A DNA stretch of 64,000 bases from Coriobacteriia bacterium (GCA_014859265.1 JACUUN010000250.1:1240-65239); one strand, 5' to 3'. Positions 19,642 to 30,373 are shown, counted from the stretch's first letter. Numbers and translations: made by a program. The notes: a model not told the origin generated them from the letters alone.

Positions 19642-20682
19642 TTATCTGGCACCCGTGAGGATCTTCTTGAGCGTGTCTATCTCCTCAAGAGCCATCGCCG
19701 AACCGTCGACGACATTCGTCAGCGCATTGCCCGACACATGTACGGGCATGCCAGTCTCGTGCTTGAGCCGCTCGTCAAGCCCTTTCAGGAGCGCGCCACC
19801 GCCGGTGAGCACGATCCCGTACTCCATGAGGTCGCTCGCCAGCTCGGGCGGGGTCTGCTCGAGGGTCGCCTTCACTGCTGCAATGATTGCGGCGATCGGT
19901 TCCTCGAGGGCATCGCGTATCTCCTCGGACTCCATGGCCACTGTCCGGGGAAGACCGGTCAGAAGATCCCTGCCCCGAATCTCGACATCGACCTCCTCGA
20001 GCAACGGCCATGCGCTGCCGATCTCGAACTTGATCTCCTCGGCGGTACGCTCTCCGATGAGCACGTTGTAGGCCCGCTTGACGTGGGCGATGATGGCTTC
20101 GTCGAACTCGTCCCCGGCAATTCGGATCGACTGGGCGACGACGATGCCGCCCAGCGATATGACGGCCACCTCGGTCGTGCCCCCGCCGACGTCGACAATC
20201 ATGTTCCCGGTCGGCTCCTGAATCGGCAGACCCGCGCCGATAGCAGCCGCCATGGGCTCCTCGATCAGATACGCCTGACGGGCACCAGCCTGCATGGTGG
20301 CTTCGAACACCGCACGCTTCTCCACCTCGGTCACCCCAGAGGGCACGCAGACGACGACCCGCGGTTTGGGCTGCCAGGGGAATCGCTTGACCCGCGTCTT
20401 GTTGATGAAGTAGCGCAACATCGACTCGGTGACCTCGAAGTCGGCGATGACGCCGTCCTTGAGGGGCCGGATCGCCACGATGCTACCGGGTGTACGTCCG
20501 AGCATACGCTTGGCCTCGATGCCGACGGCCAGAACATGCTTGGTGTCCTTTTCGACGGCGACCACCGAGGGCTCGATCAGGACGATACCCCGACCACGCA
20601 CCGAAACGAGCGTGTTGGCGGTGCCGAGGTCGACGGCCATGTCGCCGCCCCATGAGTTGAAGAACATATCTACAAGCGACAC
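19642..20682 (-). CDS. mreB: Actin-like protein MreB
   Basis: [41 protein letters not shown]; GTG 20682 with AAGGAG RBS (alternative ATG 20667). Confidence 0.98.
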   Translation of the reverse strand: MSLVDMFFNSWGGDMAVDLGTANTLVSVRGRGIVLIEPSVVAVEKDTKHVLAVGIEAKRMLGRTPGSIVAIRPLKDGVIADFEVTESMLRYFINKTRVKRFPWQPKPRVVVCVPSGVTEVEKRAVFEATMQAGARQAYLIEEPMAAAIGAGLPIQEPTGNMIVDVGGGTTEVAVISLGGIVVAQSIRIAGDEFDEAIIAHVKRAYNVLIGERTAEEIKFEIGSAWPLLEEVDVEIRGRDLLTGLPRTVAMESEEIRDALEEPIAAIIAAVKATLEQTPPELASDLMEYGIVLTGGGALLKGLDERLKHETGMPVHVSGNALTNVVDGSAMALEEIDTLKKILTGAR

Positions 20683-20889
20683 GGTCGCTGCAGCTCCTTT
20701 CCCGGTGGCGGCCAGGCCGCCGAAGTACGCCCGCATACACTCTGGCACGCGGAGCGACCGCACGACGAAACGGTCCGCGAGAGCGCTCGCTCCCGAGAAC
20801 CGCAGGTCTGGGACCCGGACAAGTGTAGCACAGCATTTGGGAATGCCTGCCCACGATACGGTTACGACCTTGAGCGGGCGCGACTCGAC

Positions 20890-21561
20890 TCACATGAGGT
20901 TGAGCTCGCGCAGGCTTGCATGCTCCCCCCCGTCGCCGATGATGACGTGGTCGAGCAACTCGATGCCAAGCACGTCGCCGGCCTTCACCAGTCGCCGGGT
21001 CAGTTGGATGTCGGCACCCGACGGAGTCGGGTCGCCGCTCGGATGGTTGTGAACAACCACCACTGATGCGGCAGAGAGCCGTACGGCCTCCTTGAAGAGC
21101 TCGCGCGGGTGCACGATCGATGCGTTGAGGCTTCCTACCGAGATCTCGACGACGCGCATCACGTGGTTCTTCGTATTGAGCGCGAGCGCCCAGAAGTGCT
21201 CCCGGTCGGCACCACGCATCTGAGGCCAACAGAGCGCAACTACGTCCTCCGGCGTAGAGACGCTCTTCCTCGGGCCGGTGCGCCATACGGCTGCCCGCCG
21301 GCTTATCTCGAGGCACGCCAGGAACCGGGAGGCCGCAGCAGGCCCGACCCCCGGCAGCACGACGAGGTCCTCGGCGCACACGCGCCACAGTCCGTCGGGT
21401 GCGGGATGACGCTCGAGGAGGATGCGCGCCCGCTCGTCGCCCTCCTCCCCGATGAGCACCGAGAGAAGCGCTGCGTCGGACAACGCCTCGGAACGACCGG
21501 AGAGCACGATCTCACGGGGGGTGGCCCCGTTCTCCATCAGGCGAGGCGCCACAGCGCCCAC
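20890..21561 (-). CDS. radC: RadC/JAB-domain protein
   Basis: LSDAALLSVLI, HhH region, VHPRELFKEAV...VHNHPSGDPTPSGAD...LLDHVII. Confidence 0.95.
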   Translation of the reverse strand: MGAVAPRLMENGATPREIVLSGRSEALSDAALLSVLIGEEGDERARILLERHPAPDGLWRVCAEDLVVLPGVGPAAASRFLACLEISRRAAVWRTGPRKSVSTPEDVVALCWPQMRGADREHFWALALNTKNHVMRVVEISVGSLNASIVHPRELFKEAVRLSAASVVVVHNHPSGDPTPSGADIQLTRRLVKAGDVLGIELLDHVIIGDGGEHASLRELNLM

Positions 21562-21565
21562 CTCC

Positions 21566-22105
21566 CTACCTACCGGCAGCCGACAGTGACAAGTCGGGGA
21601 CGCGGGAGATAAGGAGACGGGCAGAGTAACCGACAGCGAACCCGAGGGGGATACTCAGACCGAGCGACACGGGGAGAAGCGCAAGCGGGGCAGCGGAGGT
21701 GACGAGTGCGGCAGCCACCAGCAGTTGCCCGGCGACGTGGGCTGCTGAGCCTGCGACCGACCAGCCGATGACGGAGAAGAGCGGTCCCGCCGAAGCGAGC
21801 ACGATCATCACCGCAAGGGCAGCCAACGCGCCCCCCAGGGAGAGCAGGAACGACGGGCCGCCGAGGGTACCCGCGGCGAGGGCCACAACGAACACGCGGC
21901 CGATTGACACGATGCCTGCCACGCGCGGGCCGTACGTCGCCAGGGCGAACACGACCACGATATTGGCGAGCCCGACCCTCAGCCCGGGCACCGGAAGCGG
22001 CGGCAGCACCACACTCTCCAAGTATCCGAGCACAGCGGCGAGGGCAAGCAGCACCGCGGTCGACGCGATGCGCTGCGCGGCACTTCGATCAGCGGGAGAC
22101 AGCAT
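21566..22105 (-). CDS. Gx transporter family protein (ECF S-component-like; often annotated heptaprenyl diphosphate synthase component I)
   Basis: ATG 22105; LGYLESVVLPPLPVPGLRVGLAN...SVAGSAAHVAGQL, multi-TM. Confidence 0.8.
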   Translation of the reverse strand: MLSPADRSAAQRIASTAVLLALAAVLGYLESVVLPPLPVPGLRVGLANIVVVFALATYGPRVAGIVSIGRVFVVALAAGTLGGPSFLLSLGGALAALAVMIVLASAGPLFSVIGWSVAGSAAHVAGQLLVAAALVTSAAPLALLPVSLGLSIPLGFAVGYSARLLISRVPDLSLSAAGR

Positions 22106-22448
22106 CGAGACTCTCCCCCGGACCGTTGGCGAATGTCGCACTGACACCGTTGGGGGCGCAGATGACCGGCCGCCCCGGAGCTGCCGCACCCATGCGGACA
22201 CACAACTGGTCGGGACAATCGGCCGAGGTCACGGTGATCGCACCTTCATCGACCTCGAAAACGACGTCCCCGGTGCGTCCTGACACGATATACCGGCCCG
22301 GCGAGGACAGGTCGACGGTCGTGCTTCCCGCGGGACCGCGAAGTACGGCCATCCCTCCAGCGGGGGCAACTAGCGCACCGGCGGTCGGGGCACTCAGGAG
22401 CGCGAGGGCGACAACCGCGACCACGACCAGTGTATCGCCTCTTGTCAT
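22089..22448 (-). CDS. NusG domain II-containing membrane-anchored protein
   Basis: N-terminal TM helix; ADCPDQLCVRMG...VICAPNGV three-Cys motif. Confidence 0.85.
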   Translation of the reverse strand: MTRGDTLVVVAVVALALLSAPTAGALVAPAGGMAVLRGPAGSTTVDLSSPGRYIVSGRTGDVVFEVDEGAITVTSADCPDQLCVRMGAAAPGRPVICAPNGVSATFANGPGESLDAVSR

Positions 22449-23353
22449 CCCTGCTCCTCCCCGATGGAGCGCTCGGGGACGACCGGCTTGAACCCATCAA
22501 CCTTGGGGCCGCGGCCATCCAGAGTCGCCGCGGGAGCCATGGCAGCGCGGCCGGAAAGGTCGATGCACTCCTGGGGGCAGACATCGACGCACATGCCGCA
22601 CGCGATGCACTTGTCGTAGTCGACAACTGCGAGCAGGTCGATCACGTGGATTGCATCGGCCGGGCATGCCTTCTCGCACTTCTTGCACGCTGTGCAGCAC
22701 ATCGAGCAGTAATCCTTGCGCGCCCTGGGCTTGTCGTGCGAGTTGCATCGCACCGCGACAGCACCGTCTTCGGGCACCATCGCAAGGAGCCCGATGTTGC
22801 CTCTGGGGCACTCACGCACGCATATCTCGCACCCAGTACACCTGTCCAGATCGATGACGGGGAGTCCCCGCGCATCCATGATGATAGCGTCGAACGGACA
22901 CGCGCGTGCGCAGTCACCGTATCCGAAGCAGCCCGCCGGACACATAAGGTCGCCTCCGGCGAGGCGCGCTACCGCGTTGCACTCCAACACACCGCTGTAA
23001 TCGAACGAACGCGAGGCTGCCCGCCCCCCGCCACAGTGTCGCAAGGACACGATCGATGCCACCGCACACTTCTCGACGCCCAGGGCCTCGGCGACTGCAT
23101 CCGCGACCTGCTGGCCTCCGGCTGTGCACGCGGTCACAGGGAGGTCACCCTTCGCCATCGCCTCGGCCGCGCCGAAGCACGACGGGTTGCCACAGGCACC
23201 ACAGTTCGCCCCGGGGAGCACGCTTAGCACCCGCTCCACCGTCGCATCAACCTCGACGTAGAACCTGCGCGAGGCGGCGGAGAGCATCGCGGCCACAGCA
23301 AGGCCGATGACGCTCAATGCGGCTACGGCCTTTATGACGAGGGTCGCGTCCAC
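22445..23353 (-). CDS. rnfB: Rnf subunit B (polyferredoxin type)
   Basis: LPGANCGACGNPSC, CFGYGDCARACP, CTGCEICVRECP, CTACKKCEKACP, CIACGMCVDVCP. Confidence 0.95.
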   Translation of the reverse strand: MDATLVIKAVAALSVIGLAVAAMLSAASRRFYVEVDATVERVLSVLPGANCGACGNPSCFGAAEAMAKGDLPVTACTAGGQQVADAVAEALGVEKCAVASIVSLRHCGGGRAASRSFDYSGVLECNAVARLAGGDLMCPAGCFGYGDCARACPFDAIIMDARGLPVIDLDRCTGCEICVRECPRGNIGLLAMVPEDGAVAVRCNSHDKPRARKDYCSMCCTACKKCEKACPADAIHVIDLLAVVDYDKCIACGMCVDVCPQECIDLSGRAAMAPAATLDGRGPKVDGFKPVVPERSIGEEQG

Positions 23354-23366
23354 TCACATGCCTTTC

Positions 23367-23987
23367 TCAGAGTCCGAACAGCCCTGCAAGCCCGACGTAG
23401 CCGAGCGACAGGAGGCCCGCGGTGATGAACGCCATCGGAGTGCCCCGCATCACCTCGGGAGCGGGCGCTACCTCGAGACGCTCCCGCAGCGCTGCAAAGG
23501 TCAGCAGGGCGATCCCGAAACCGAGTGAGATGCCGACCGTGTAGACGAGCGCTTCACCGAAGCTGAACCCGTACTCGATGCCCATCTTGAAGAAGCCCGG
23601 GCGGACTGACTCGGTCGCAGTCGCCAGCACGGCGCAGTTGGTGGTGATCAGAGGCAGGAAGATTCCGAGGGAGCGGTAGAGCGCAGGGCTCGCTTTGCGC
23701 AGGTACATCTCGACGAACTGCACCAACGCGGCGATCACAAGGATGAACGCCGGGATGTACAGGAAGTCCCCCACCCCGAGCGGCACGAGCAGCACGTTCC
23801 AGAACACCCACGTCGCTGTGGTAGCGAGTGTCATGACGAACACGACCGCACCCGCCATGCCGAGACTCGTGTCGACCGAACTCGAGACGCCGAAGAACGG
23901 GCACAGCCCGATGAACCGGGTCAGAAGGATGTTGTTGACCAGAGCGCCCCCGACGAGCAGCAGGGCAAAATGCTGAAGGGTTTCCAT
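23367..23987 (-). CDS. rnfA: Rnf subunit A
   Basis: ATG 23987; NNILLTRFIGLCPFFGVS, GIFLPLITTNCAVL, AALRERL. Confidence 0.95.
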   Translation of the reverse strand: METLQHFALLLVGGALVNNILLTRFIGLCPFFGVSSSVDTSLGMAGAVVFVMTLATTATWVFWNVLLVPLGVGDFLYIPAFILVIAALVQFVEMYLRKASPALYRSLGIFLPLITTNCAVLATATESVRPGFFKMGIEYGFSFGEALVYTVGISLGFGIALLTFAALRERLEVAPAPEVMRGTPMAFITAGLLSLGYVGLAGLFGL

Positions 23988-23989
23988 GT

Positions 23990-24649
23990 CTAGCGACTCC
24001 CCTCCTTGATCGTGCAGTGCGGATCGGGCTGGATGAGGCGCCCAGAGGTGCGCATGTTGTACCACTTCGCGATCGCGATGATGAACCCGAAGATGATGAA
24101 GGCGCCAGGGAACAGCAGCAGAACACCCGGCGGCCTGTACCACTCGGGAAACGTGATGAGCCTCATGCCGAGGAACACGATCTCCCCGCTGCCGAACAGC
24201 TCGCGTATCGCGGCGAGCGCAACGATCACGACGCTGAAGCCAAGACCCATGCCGAGCCCATCGGCGACCGCCAATCTGACCGGCTGGTGATACGAGAACG
24301 CTTCGGCACGACCGAGGATTATGCAGTTCACGACGATGAGCGGAATCCACACACCCAGGAAGAGGTAGATATCCGGGAAGAAAGCCTTCAGGGTGAGATC
24401 GACGACGGTGACGAACGAAGCGATGATCACGATGAACACGGGGATTCTCACCTGCTCGGGCACGAGCGAGCGGATCGAGGAAACGATGATGCTCGACATG
24501 CCCAGGACGAATATGACCGCGAGACCCATAAACAGCGCGCCCTCGACCTTGGTGGATACCGCGAGGGTGGCGCACAGGCCGATCATCAGGACCGTGAGCG
24601 GGTTGTCGATGGCGATGCCGCGTCTGAAGACCGCTACCCACTCCCTCAT
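23990..24649 (-). CDS. rnfE: Rnf subunit E
   Basis: ATG 24649; IGLCATLAVS, RIPVFIVIIASFV, IPLIVVNCIILGRAEAF. Confidence 0.95.
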   Translation of the reverse strand: MREWVAVFRRGIAIDNPLTVLMIGLCATLAVSTKVEGALFMGLAVIFVLGMSSIIVSSIRSLVPEQVRIPVFIVIIASFVTVVDLTLKAFFPDIYLFLGVWIPLIVVNCIILGRAEAFSYHQPVRLAVADGLGMGLGFSVVIVALAAIRELFGSGEIVFLGMRLITFPEWYRPPGVLLLFPGAFIIFGFIIAIAKWYNMRTSGRLIQPDPHCTIKEGSR

Positions 24650-25251
24650 GGCGCACCTACCTCTCCACCCTGCGTCGAAAGGACCTCCGCATAGACCCTT
24701 CCAGCCGCAGTCACGCCGTTTCGCACGCCGACCGAAGAGCGGGTCGCGCCAGCAATCGCGTCGAACTCGCGTGCTGATGCGTCGATGTCCGCGCCCTGCC
24801 AACCCTCGAACTGCTCGATCCAGCCAGCCTCGGTGACGATCCTGGTGCCCAGCCCTGGTGTCTCGTTCATGGTGATGATACTGACACCGAGTACTGTCCC
24901 ATCTCTATCCAAACCCACAACCATGTTCACCGGTCCAGCGTACCCACGAGGTGCAACGCGCACGCCCCAGCCATACAGCGATCCGTCGTCGGTCTCAGCA
25001 CGGTAGACTCCCTGAACGGTGATGTCACCCGCTGCCGCGGCAGCGGGCTCGAGAAGGTCATCGACTGACTCGTAGCCGGCCGAGCCTGGAAGGACACTCC
25101 CCAGCGCCAAGCGCTCGGCTGCTCTTTCCTGCTCGATGATGCGCTCACGCGTCAGCTCGTAGGTGACGGTCAGTGCCGTCGCCGCGACGAGACAGGTGGC
25201 AAGCACGGCACCGACCATGTTGAGCGGTGTTGATGCAGCTCTTCTAACCAC
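24646..25251 (-). CDS. rnfG: Rnf subunit G (FMN-binding)
   Basis: N-terminal TM helix, PRGYAGP, ETPGLG, DAIAGATRSS flavinylation-type motif. Confidence 0.95.
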   Translation of the reverse strand: MVRRAASTPLNMVGAVLATCLVAATALTVTYELTRERIIEQERAAERLALGSVLPGSAGYESVDDLLEPAAAAAGDITVQGVYRAETDDGSLYGWGVRVAPRGYAGPVNMVVGLDRDGTVLGVSIITMNETPGLGTRIVTEAGWIEQFEGWQGADIDASAREFDAIAGATRSSVGVRNGVTAAGRVYAEVLSTQGGEVGAP

Positions 25252-26254
25252 GGCGCTTCACCCACCCGAACGTGCGCGGGGCGAATCCACGATCGATCAG
25301 GGGGACGAGTCCGTTCATGAAAAGGATCGCAAACGTGGTCGCCTCCGGCATCGGGCCGAACAAGCGGACGACGACGTTGAAGAACCCACAGCCGCAACCG
25401 AACACCAGGCGCCCGGCACGCGTCATCGGCGAAGTGACGTAGTCCGTAGCCATGAAGAAGGCTCCGAGCAGAACGCCGCCGGCCAGAATGCTGAATACGG
25501 GATCGGACCCGAACACCCAGGACAGCACGCCCACCGTCGCGATGTAGCCCGCCGGTATCCGCCAGTCGATGATCCTCTTCGCGATGAGAAGGCCACCGCC
25601 GAGGATAAGCAGCAGGCCCGAGACCTCTCCGAACGAGCCTTCGAGGTTGCGCAGGAGCAGCGGCTGGTAGTAGGCGGCAAGGTCGATGCCGTAGCCTCCG
25701 CCTGCAGCCCGGTCGGCCGTCGCGATGGCAAGCCGCGTAGCACCGTTAATCGCATCGAGGCTGCCCGTTGCGGGAACGTCGATCACCGAGTGCCAGCCCC
25801 CCGGGAAAGGCCGCACGTCGGCGAGCACACCCATCCAAGAGACCGACAGGACCGCACGGCCCACAAGAGCCGGGTTGAAGAGATTCCAGCCAAGGCCGCC
25901 GAAGAGCATCTTCGCGAGACCGATGGCGATGATGCCTCCCGCCACACCCATCCACCACGGAGTCCGTGGCGGCAACACCAGTGCGAGCAGAAGGCCCGTG
26001 ACGAGCGCACTGCCATCCCACAACGTCTGGGACCGCCGCACGATCCTGTTCCATACCCACTCGGTACCGACCGATGAGCCGATGCATGATGCAAGCAGCA
26101 CCACGGCGACCATACCCATGTTCCAGACGCCCCACAGTGTCGCCGGCGCAAGGGCTGCCACGACCCAGAGCATGATGTGTGCGACGTTCTCCCTGACCGC
26201 GATGTGAGGCGAGGAGGCAACCTTCATCCGTGTGGGGCTCGCGGCGGCACTCAC
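25244..26254 (-). CDS. rnfD: Rnf subunit D
   Basis: GTG 26254 overlaps the rnfC stop; SSPHI, KMLFGGLGWNLFNPALVG, DAINGAT, GAFFMATDYVTSP. Confidence 0.95.
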   Translation of the reverse strand: MSAAASPTRMKVASSPHIAVRENVAHIMLWVVAALAPATLWGVWNMGMVAVVLLASCIGSSVGTEWVWNRIVRRSQTLWDGSALVTGLLLALVLPPRTPWWMGVAGGIIAIGLAKMLFGGLGWNLFNPALVGRAVLSVSWMGVLADVRPFPGGWHSVIDVPATGSLDAINGATRLAIATADRAAGGGYGIDLAAYYQPLLLRNLEGSFGEVSGLLLILGGGLLIAKRIIDWRIPAGYIATVGVLSWVFGSDPVFSILAGGVLLGAFFMATDYVTSPMTRAGRLVFGCGCGFFNVVVRLFGPMPEATTFAILFMNGLVPLIDRGFAPRTFGWVKRRG

Positions 26255-27570
26255 AGCGACGCCCCCTTCTCGAGAAGGACCTGTTTGGCGCGGCGAATCA
26301 GCTGCACGAGCGGCCTGCGGGTCGGACACACGAAGCTGCAGCACCCGCACTCGATGCAGTCAAGCGCGTGGAAACGGTTTGCGCCATCCCAGTCGCTCCG
26401 GTTCGCGTATATCCCGATCGCGTAGGGTTCGAGCATCATCGGGCACGCGTCCGAGCAGCGCGCGCAACGGATGCAGGGCTGGTCACCGTGCACCGCCGGA
26501 GCGGTATCACCCGAATCGAGTACGACGATCCCGCCCATGCCCTTGACCACCGGCACCGACAGGTCGGCCAGAGCCATCCCGGTCATGGGGCCGCCGGCTA
26601 CGACCCGCCCGTACTCGCCGGACATGCCACCCGCAGCCTCGATGAGAGCTTCCACCGGGGTTCCAAGCAGAGTCAGGTAGTTGCCTGGATTCCGGACGTT
26701 GCCGGTAACCGTCACCACGCGCTCCATGAGGGGGCGTCCTTCGTCAACCGCATCGGCTACGGCAGCGGCAGTGGTGACGTTGTGCACGAGCGCTCCCGTG
26801 GCCGCAGGCAACTTGCCGTGCGGCACCTCGCCTCCGATCACAGCCCAAATCAGCTGCTTCTCGGCACCCTGGGGATAGCGGGTCGGCAGAACGAGCACTT
26901 CGATACCCGGACCAGCCTCGGCCCGAAGAGCCACGGCAGCGTCCTCCTTGTTGTCCTCCACAGCGATGACGACGCGGGTCGCCCCAACAGCCTTGGCTAT
27001 GAGTTCCGCCCCCCGGATGACGCGCCCCGGGCGTTCGAGCATGGTGCGGTGATCGCAAGTGAGGTAGGGCTCGCACTCACACCCGTTGAGGATGACGGTC
27101 CCTACTGGCATGTCCTTCGGCGGCTGTAGCTTCACCGACGTGGGAAACGTCGCCCCGCCGAGGCCGACTATGCCGGCGGCGCGCACCGTCTCGGGAACGC
27201 TCTCCGAGCGCTCGACCGGCTCGAAACGGTCGAACTCCTGCACCTCATCAGGGGTTATGGACACTGCCACGACGCGGGCACCCGAAGCGAGCACTACCGG
27301 CCCGACGTCTGTAACCTCGCCGTCCACCGGGGCATGGACCGGAGCACTCACCATCGCCTCGACGTCGCCGGTGACCTGACCGCGCACCACGCGGTCGCCC
27401 TTCGCAACCAGAGGGGAACAGGGGGCACCGAGGTGCTGGGAGAGCGGGACCCTCAGGACCTCGGGCACGGGGGCACGAGTAATCGGGTGCGCACTCGTTG
27501 CATCTTTGCGGTCTGCGGGGTGCACCCCACCATTGAAGGCGCGAGTGGGCACTTCGTGTCGTCCCCTCAT
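26251..27570 (-). CDS. rnfC: Rnf subunit C
   Basis: GIVGLGGATFPT, NGCECEPYLTCD, YPQGAEKQL, CIRCARCSDACP, CIECGCCSFVCP. The true start may be GTG 27552. Confidence 0.96.
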   Translation of the reverse strand: MRGRHEVPTRAFNGGVHPADRKDATSAHPITRAPVPEVLRVPLSQHLGAPCSPLVAKGDRVVRGQVTGDVEAMVSAPVHAPVDGEVTDVGPVVLASGARVVAVSITPDEVQEFDRFEPVERSESVPETVRAAGIVGLGGATFPTSVKLQPPKDMPVGTVILNGCECEPYLTCDHRTMLERPGRVIRGAELIAKAVGATRVVIAVEDNKEDAAVALRAEAGPGIEVLVLPTRYPQGAEKQLIWAVIGGEVPHGKLPAATGALVHNVTTAAAVADAVDEGRPLMERVVTVTGNVRNPGNYLTLLGTPVEALIEAAGGMSGEYGRVVAGGPMTGMALADLSVPVVKGMGGIVVLDSGDTAPAVHGDQPCIRCARCSDACPMMLEPYAIGIYANRSDWDGANRFHALDCIECGCCSFVCPTRRPLVQLIRRAKQVLLEKGASL

Positions 27571-27703
27571 AGGTCACATCAAGTAATTAGAAAGAAATTC
27601 AACCATCAAAGCCGCAATCCTGCAAATATCGCGACGCGAACGGCCGACACCCGTGCTCCATCACAGCCGCGCGGCCTCACACATGAACCGGGTCTCCGGA
27701 CCT

Positions 27704-28108
27704 CTACTCGCCGAAGAAGATGGCTATTTCGCGAGTGGCGGACTCGGGTGAGTCCGAGCCATGGATGATGTTCGCGTCCAGCGTCAGGCCGAAGTCGCCG
27801 CGGATGGTGCCGGGCGCGGCATCACGCGGGTTCGTCGCTCCCATCAACTTGCGACACACTGTCACGGCCTCGGGGCCGGAAAGTACCATCTTCACGACAG
27901 GTCCAGAGGTGATGTAGGCCACGAGACCTGTGTAAAACGGCTTGCCCTCGTGCTCCGCGTAGCTAGCTTCGGCCTGTTCGCGCGTGACATTCCCGAGCTC
28001 CATACGCTCGATCTTCAGACTGCACGCCTCGAACCGCGCAACAATCGGCGCGATGAGTCCACGGACAACTGCATCGGGCTTGATCATGATGAAGGTCCTC
28101 TGGTTCAC
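27704..28108 (-). CDS. ndk: Nucleoside diphosphate kinase
   Basis: TFIMIKPDAV, APGTIRGDFG, NIIHGSDS; GTG 28108 with AAAGGA RBS. Confidence 0.97.
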   Translation of the reverse strand: MNQRTFIMIKPDAVVRGLIAPIVARFEACSLKIERMELGNVTREQAEASYAEHEGKPFYTGLVAYITSGPVVKMVLSGPEAVTVCRKLMGATNPRDAAPGTIRGDFGLTLDANIIHGSDSPESATREIAIFFGE

Positions 28109-28180
28109 GTTCATCCTTTCGTCGTGATCCGCATCCCTCCCGAACATGCGGACGTACCGGAATCGGCATGGGGGTGTGGC

Positions 28181-29509
28181 CTACGACCCACCGCCTGTCG
28201 ACCTCCAGTCATTCTCTACACCCGTCACCTTCCAGCCCACGCCTTCGCGGGCCAGACTGATCTCGTAGCTCAACGGCGCACCGCTCTCGGGTGTAACCGT
28301 GACGGTCACGCGTGAAGTGCGTGGCGAGCGTTCCACACCCTCGATGGTGAACTCGGTCATCGGGGGCAGCTTCGCCATTTCTCTGTCGACATCCGAGGTC
28401 GGCACCGCCACCCAGTACCCTGCGACCGGGTTGCCGCTTGCCCGCGCCTCGAGCATGCCGGTGACTGTCATCCGCTGGGTTGGATAGCCGATTCCCATCA
28501 TGAACAGTGCCGTCAGCGCGCCGACGGCAAGAGCGACCACGACAACTGCTACGACGACAGCGGCCCACGGACTACGCTCGCTCTTCTTCATACGACGTTC
28601 AGTGCGCCTCGCCTCACGGTCACGCTCGCGCATCTCCTGATCGGTCATTCGGAAGAAGGTATCCACGTCGTCACCGCTCGGATGCGGCATCGACGTCGTC
28701 GCGTCCGATGAGGGGATGACGTACGCGCCGGGTTCGGGCCCAGGTTCAGCCGGGGGTTCGATAACCGGCGGCGTCTCGCCCGTACTCCACCCGTCGACGA
28801 CCTCGCGCTGTTCCCGGGCACGCAGCTGATTCGTGCTGGTGGTATAGGCGGTCTGGGCAGACTCGGAGAGCTGGTGACCGTGCATCCCTGTCGCTTTCTC
28901 GAATGACTTGACCGCCTCTTCGTGGCGACCGATCACGTAATACGCCATACCGAGGTTGGCCAGGGCGCGTCCACGGCCCGAATAGGTATCGAAGCCAAGT
29001 GCGGCCCGGTAGGCCTCGACAGCGTCGGTGGGCCGATCCATCGCCATGAAGCATAGACCGAGATTGTTCAGCGCCTTTCCCGGATCGGGGTTGCCACCGT
29101 CGAGGGCCGCTTGACGATACGCGGCAGCGGCATCTTCGATGCGCCCCATCTCGAACAGCGCTCCGGCTTTGCCCTGCAACGCGCGGTACTGCCCCGCGTA
29201 ATCCGGGTCTTCGAGCGCAGCATCGTACGACTTCACCGCCTCGGCATACTCGCCGAGCGCCACGTGGGCAGCCCCGAGGTTCGCATGGACAGCACTGCGC
29301 TTGTCGTAGCTCTCGTCGTTGAGGGCATGGCGATAAACCGTCACGGCATCGGAGAACCTGCGCAGCCTGATGAGGGAGTTACCGGCCATATGGTACGCAA
29401 CGCCGCTGCCCTCACCACGGCCGGCGGCCGAGAGGAACGCTTTCGCCGCAGCGCGGTAGTCCTTGGCGGCGTAGGCCGCCTGACCTTCCTCGAACCGGAC
29501 CTCGTCCAC
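28181..29509 (-). CDS. Tetratricopeptide repeat membrane protein
   Basis: About six TPR-like repeats (AVHANLGAAHVALGEYAEA; KALNNLGLCF; RALANLGMAY), Pro-rich linker, one TM helix, small C-terminal domain. Confidence 0.8.
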   Translation of the reverse strand: MDEVRFEEGQAAYAAKDYRAAAKAFLSAAGRGEGSGVAYHMAGNSLIRLRRFSDAVTVYRHALNDESYDKRSAVHANLGAAHVALGEYAEAVKSYDAALEDPDYAGQYRALQGKAGALFEMGRIEDAAAAYRQAALDGGNPDPGKALNNLGLCFMAMDRPTDAVEAYRAALGFDTYSGRGRALANLGMAYYVIGRHEEAVKSFEKATGMHGHQLSESAQTAYTTSTNQLRAREQREVVDGWSTGETPPVIEPPAEPGPEPGAYVIPSSDATTSMPHPSGDDVDTFFRMTDQEMRERDREARRTERRMKKSERSPWAAVVVAVVVVALAVGALTALFMMGIGYPTQRMTVTGMLEARASGNPVAGYWVAVPTSDVDREMAKLPPMTEFTIEGVERSPRTSRVTVTVTPESGAPLSYEISLAREGVGWKVTGVENDWRSTGGGS

Positions 29510-29520
29510 GGTGTCCCCGT

Positions 29521-30177
29521 CTACTCGGAACGCTCGATACGCACGGACTCCATCGCGTCACCGACAGCAATCTGTCTGACCACGTCCATACCCTCGACGA
29601 CCTGGCCGAAAACGGTGTACTGACCGTCAAGGAACGGCTGCGGGCCAAGACAGATATAGAACTGCGAGCCCGCGGAATCGGGGTTCTGCGAGCGAGCCAT
29701 GGCAACGGTGCCATCGAGATGGCTCCTATCGTTGAACTCTGCGCGCAGCTGATAACCCGGGCCACCGGTACCCACCATGGGGTCGTCCGTCTTGGACAGC
29801 GGGTCGCCGCCCTGGATGACGAAGCCGGGCTCCACACGGTGGAACTTCGTGCCGTCGTAGAAGCCTTCTTCCGCGCGCTCGATGAACGCTGCCACGGTAT
29901 TGGGAGCATCCTCGGGATAAAACTCGAACTTGATCACGCCCTTAGAGGTCGTGATCACTGCGGCCTCGGTGCCGTCCGGCGTGTACTCAGCAGTATACAA
30001 GGACTCCTCCTCTGGGGCGGGCGAATCTGTCTCCGCCTGATCGACCGGCGTATCTGCAGGTGGCGGCGTGGGAGCCGACTCCTTCACCTGGCTTGAACAG
30101 CCTGGAAGAGCCACGACTGCCCCTACCAGAAGGATGACGAGGGCTAGTGGCAGAAGTACAACATAGATGGCGCGCAT
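29521..30177 (-). CDS. Cyclophilin-type peptidylprolyl isomerase, probable lipoprotein
   Basis: Signal peptide with lipobox-like LPGC; [10 protein letters not shown]...FVIQGGDP...AMAR...SAGSQFYI...YTVFGQV. Confidence 0.93.
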   Translation of the reverse strand: MRAIYVVLLPLALVILLVGAVVALPGCSSQVKESAPTPPPADTPVDQAETDSPAPEEESLYTAEYTPDGTEAAVITTSKGVIKFEFYPEDAPNTVAAFIERAEEGFYDGTKFHRVEPGFVIQGGDPLSKTDDPMVGTGGPGYQLRAEFNDRSHLDGTVAMARSQNPDSAGSQFYICLGPQPFLDGQYTVFGQVVEGMDVVRQIAVGDAMESVRIERSE

Positions 30178-30373
30178 GCGTGGTGGTGTCCTCTCGCTCC
30201 GCGTCAGGATAGCTTCCCTTCCCGGCTAATCCCGGGCACAGTTCGTCATTCTAACAGTGTGGCTGGAGGGGGATAAAGGAGTATGCTGTCGCGAAGGATG
30301 CTACCGCGCGCCAGCGCGGTACGGATACCAGGATTCTCGTTCCGAGACGGTCACAATCAAGGAGGAGATGCAC

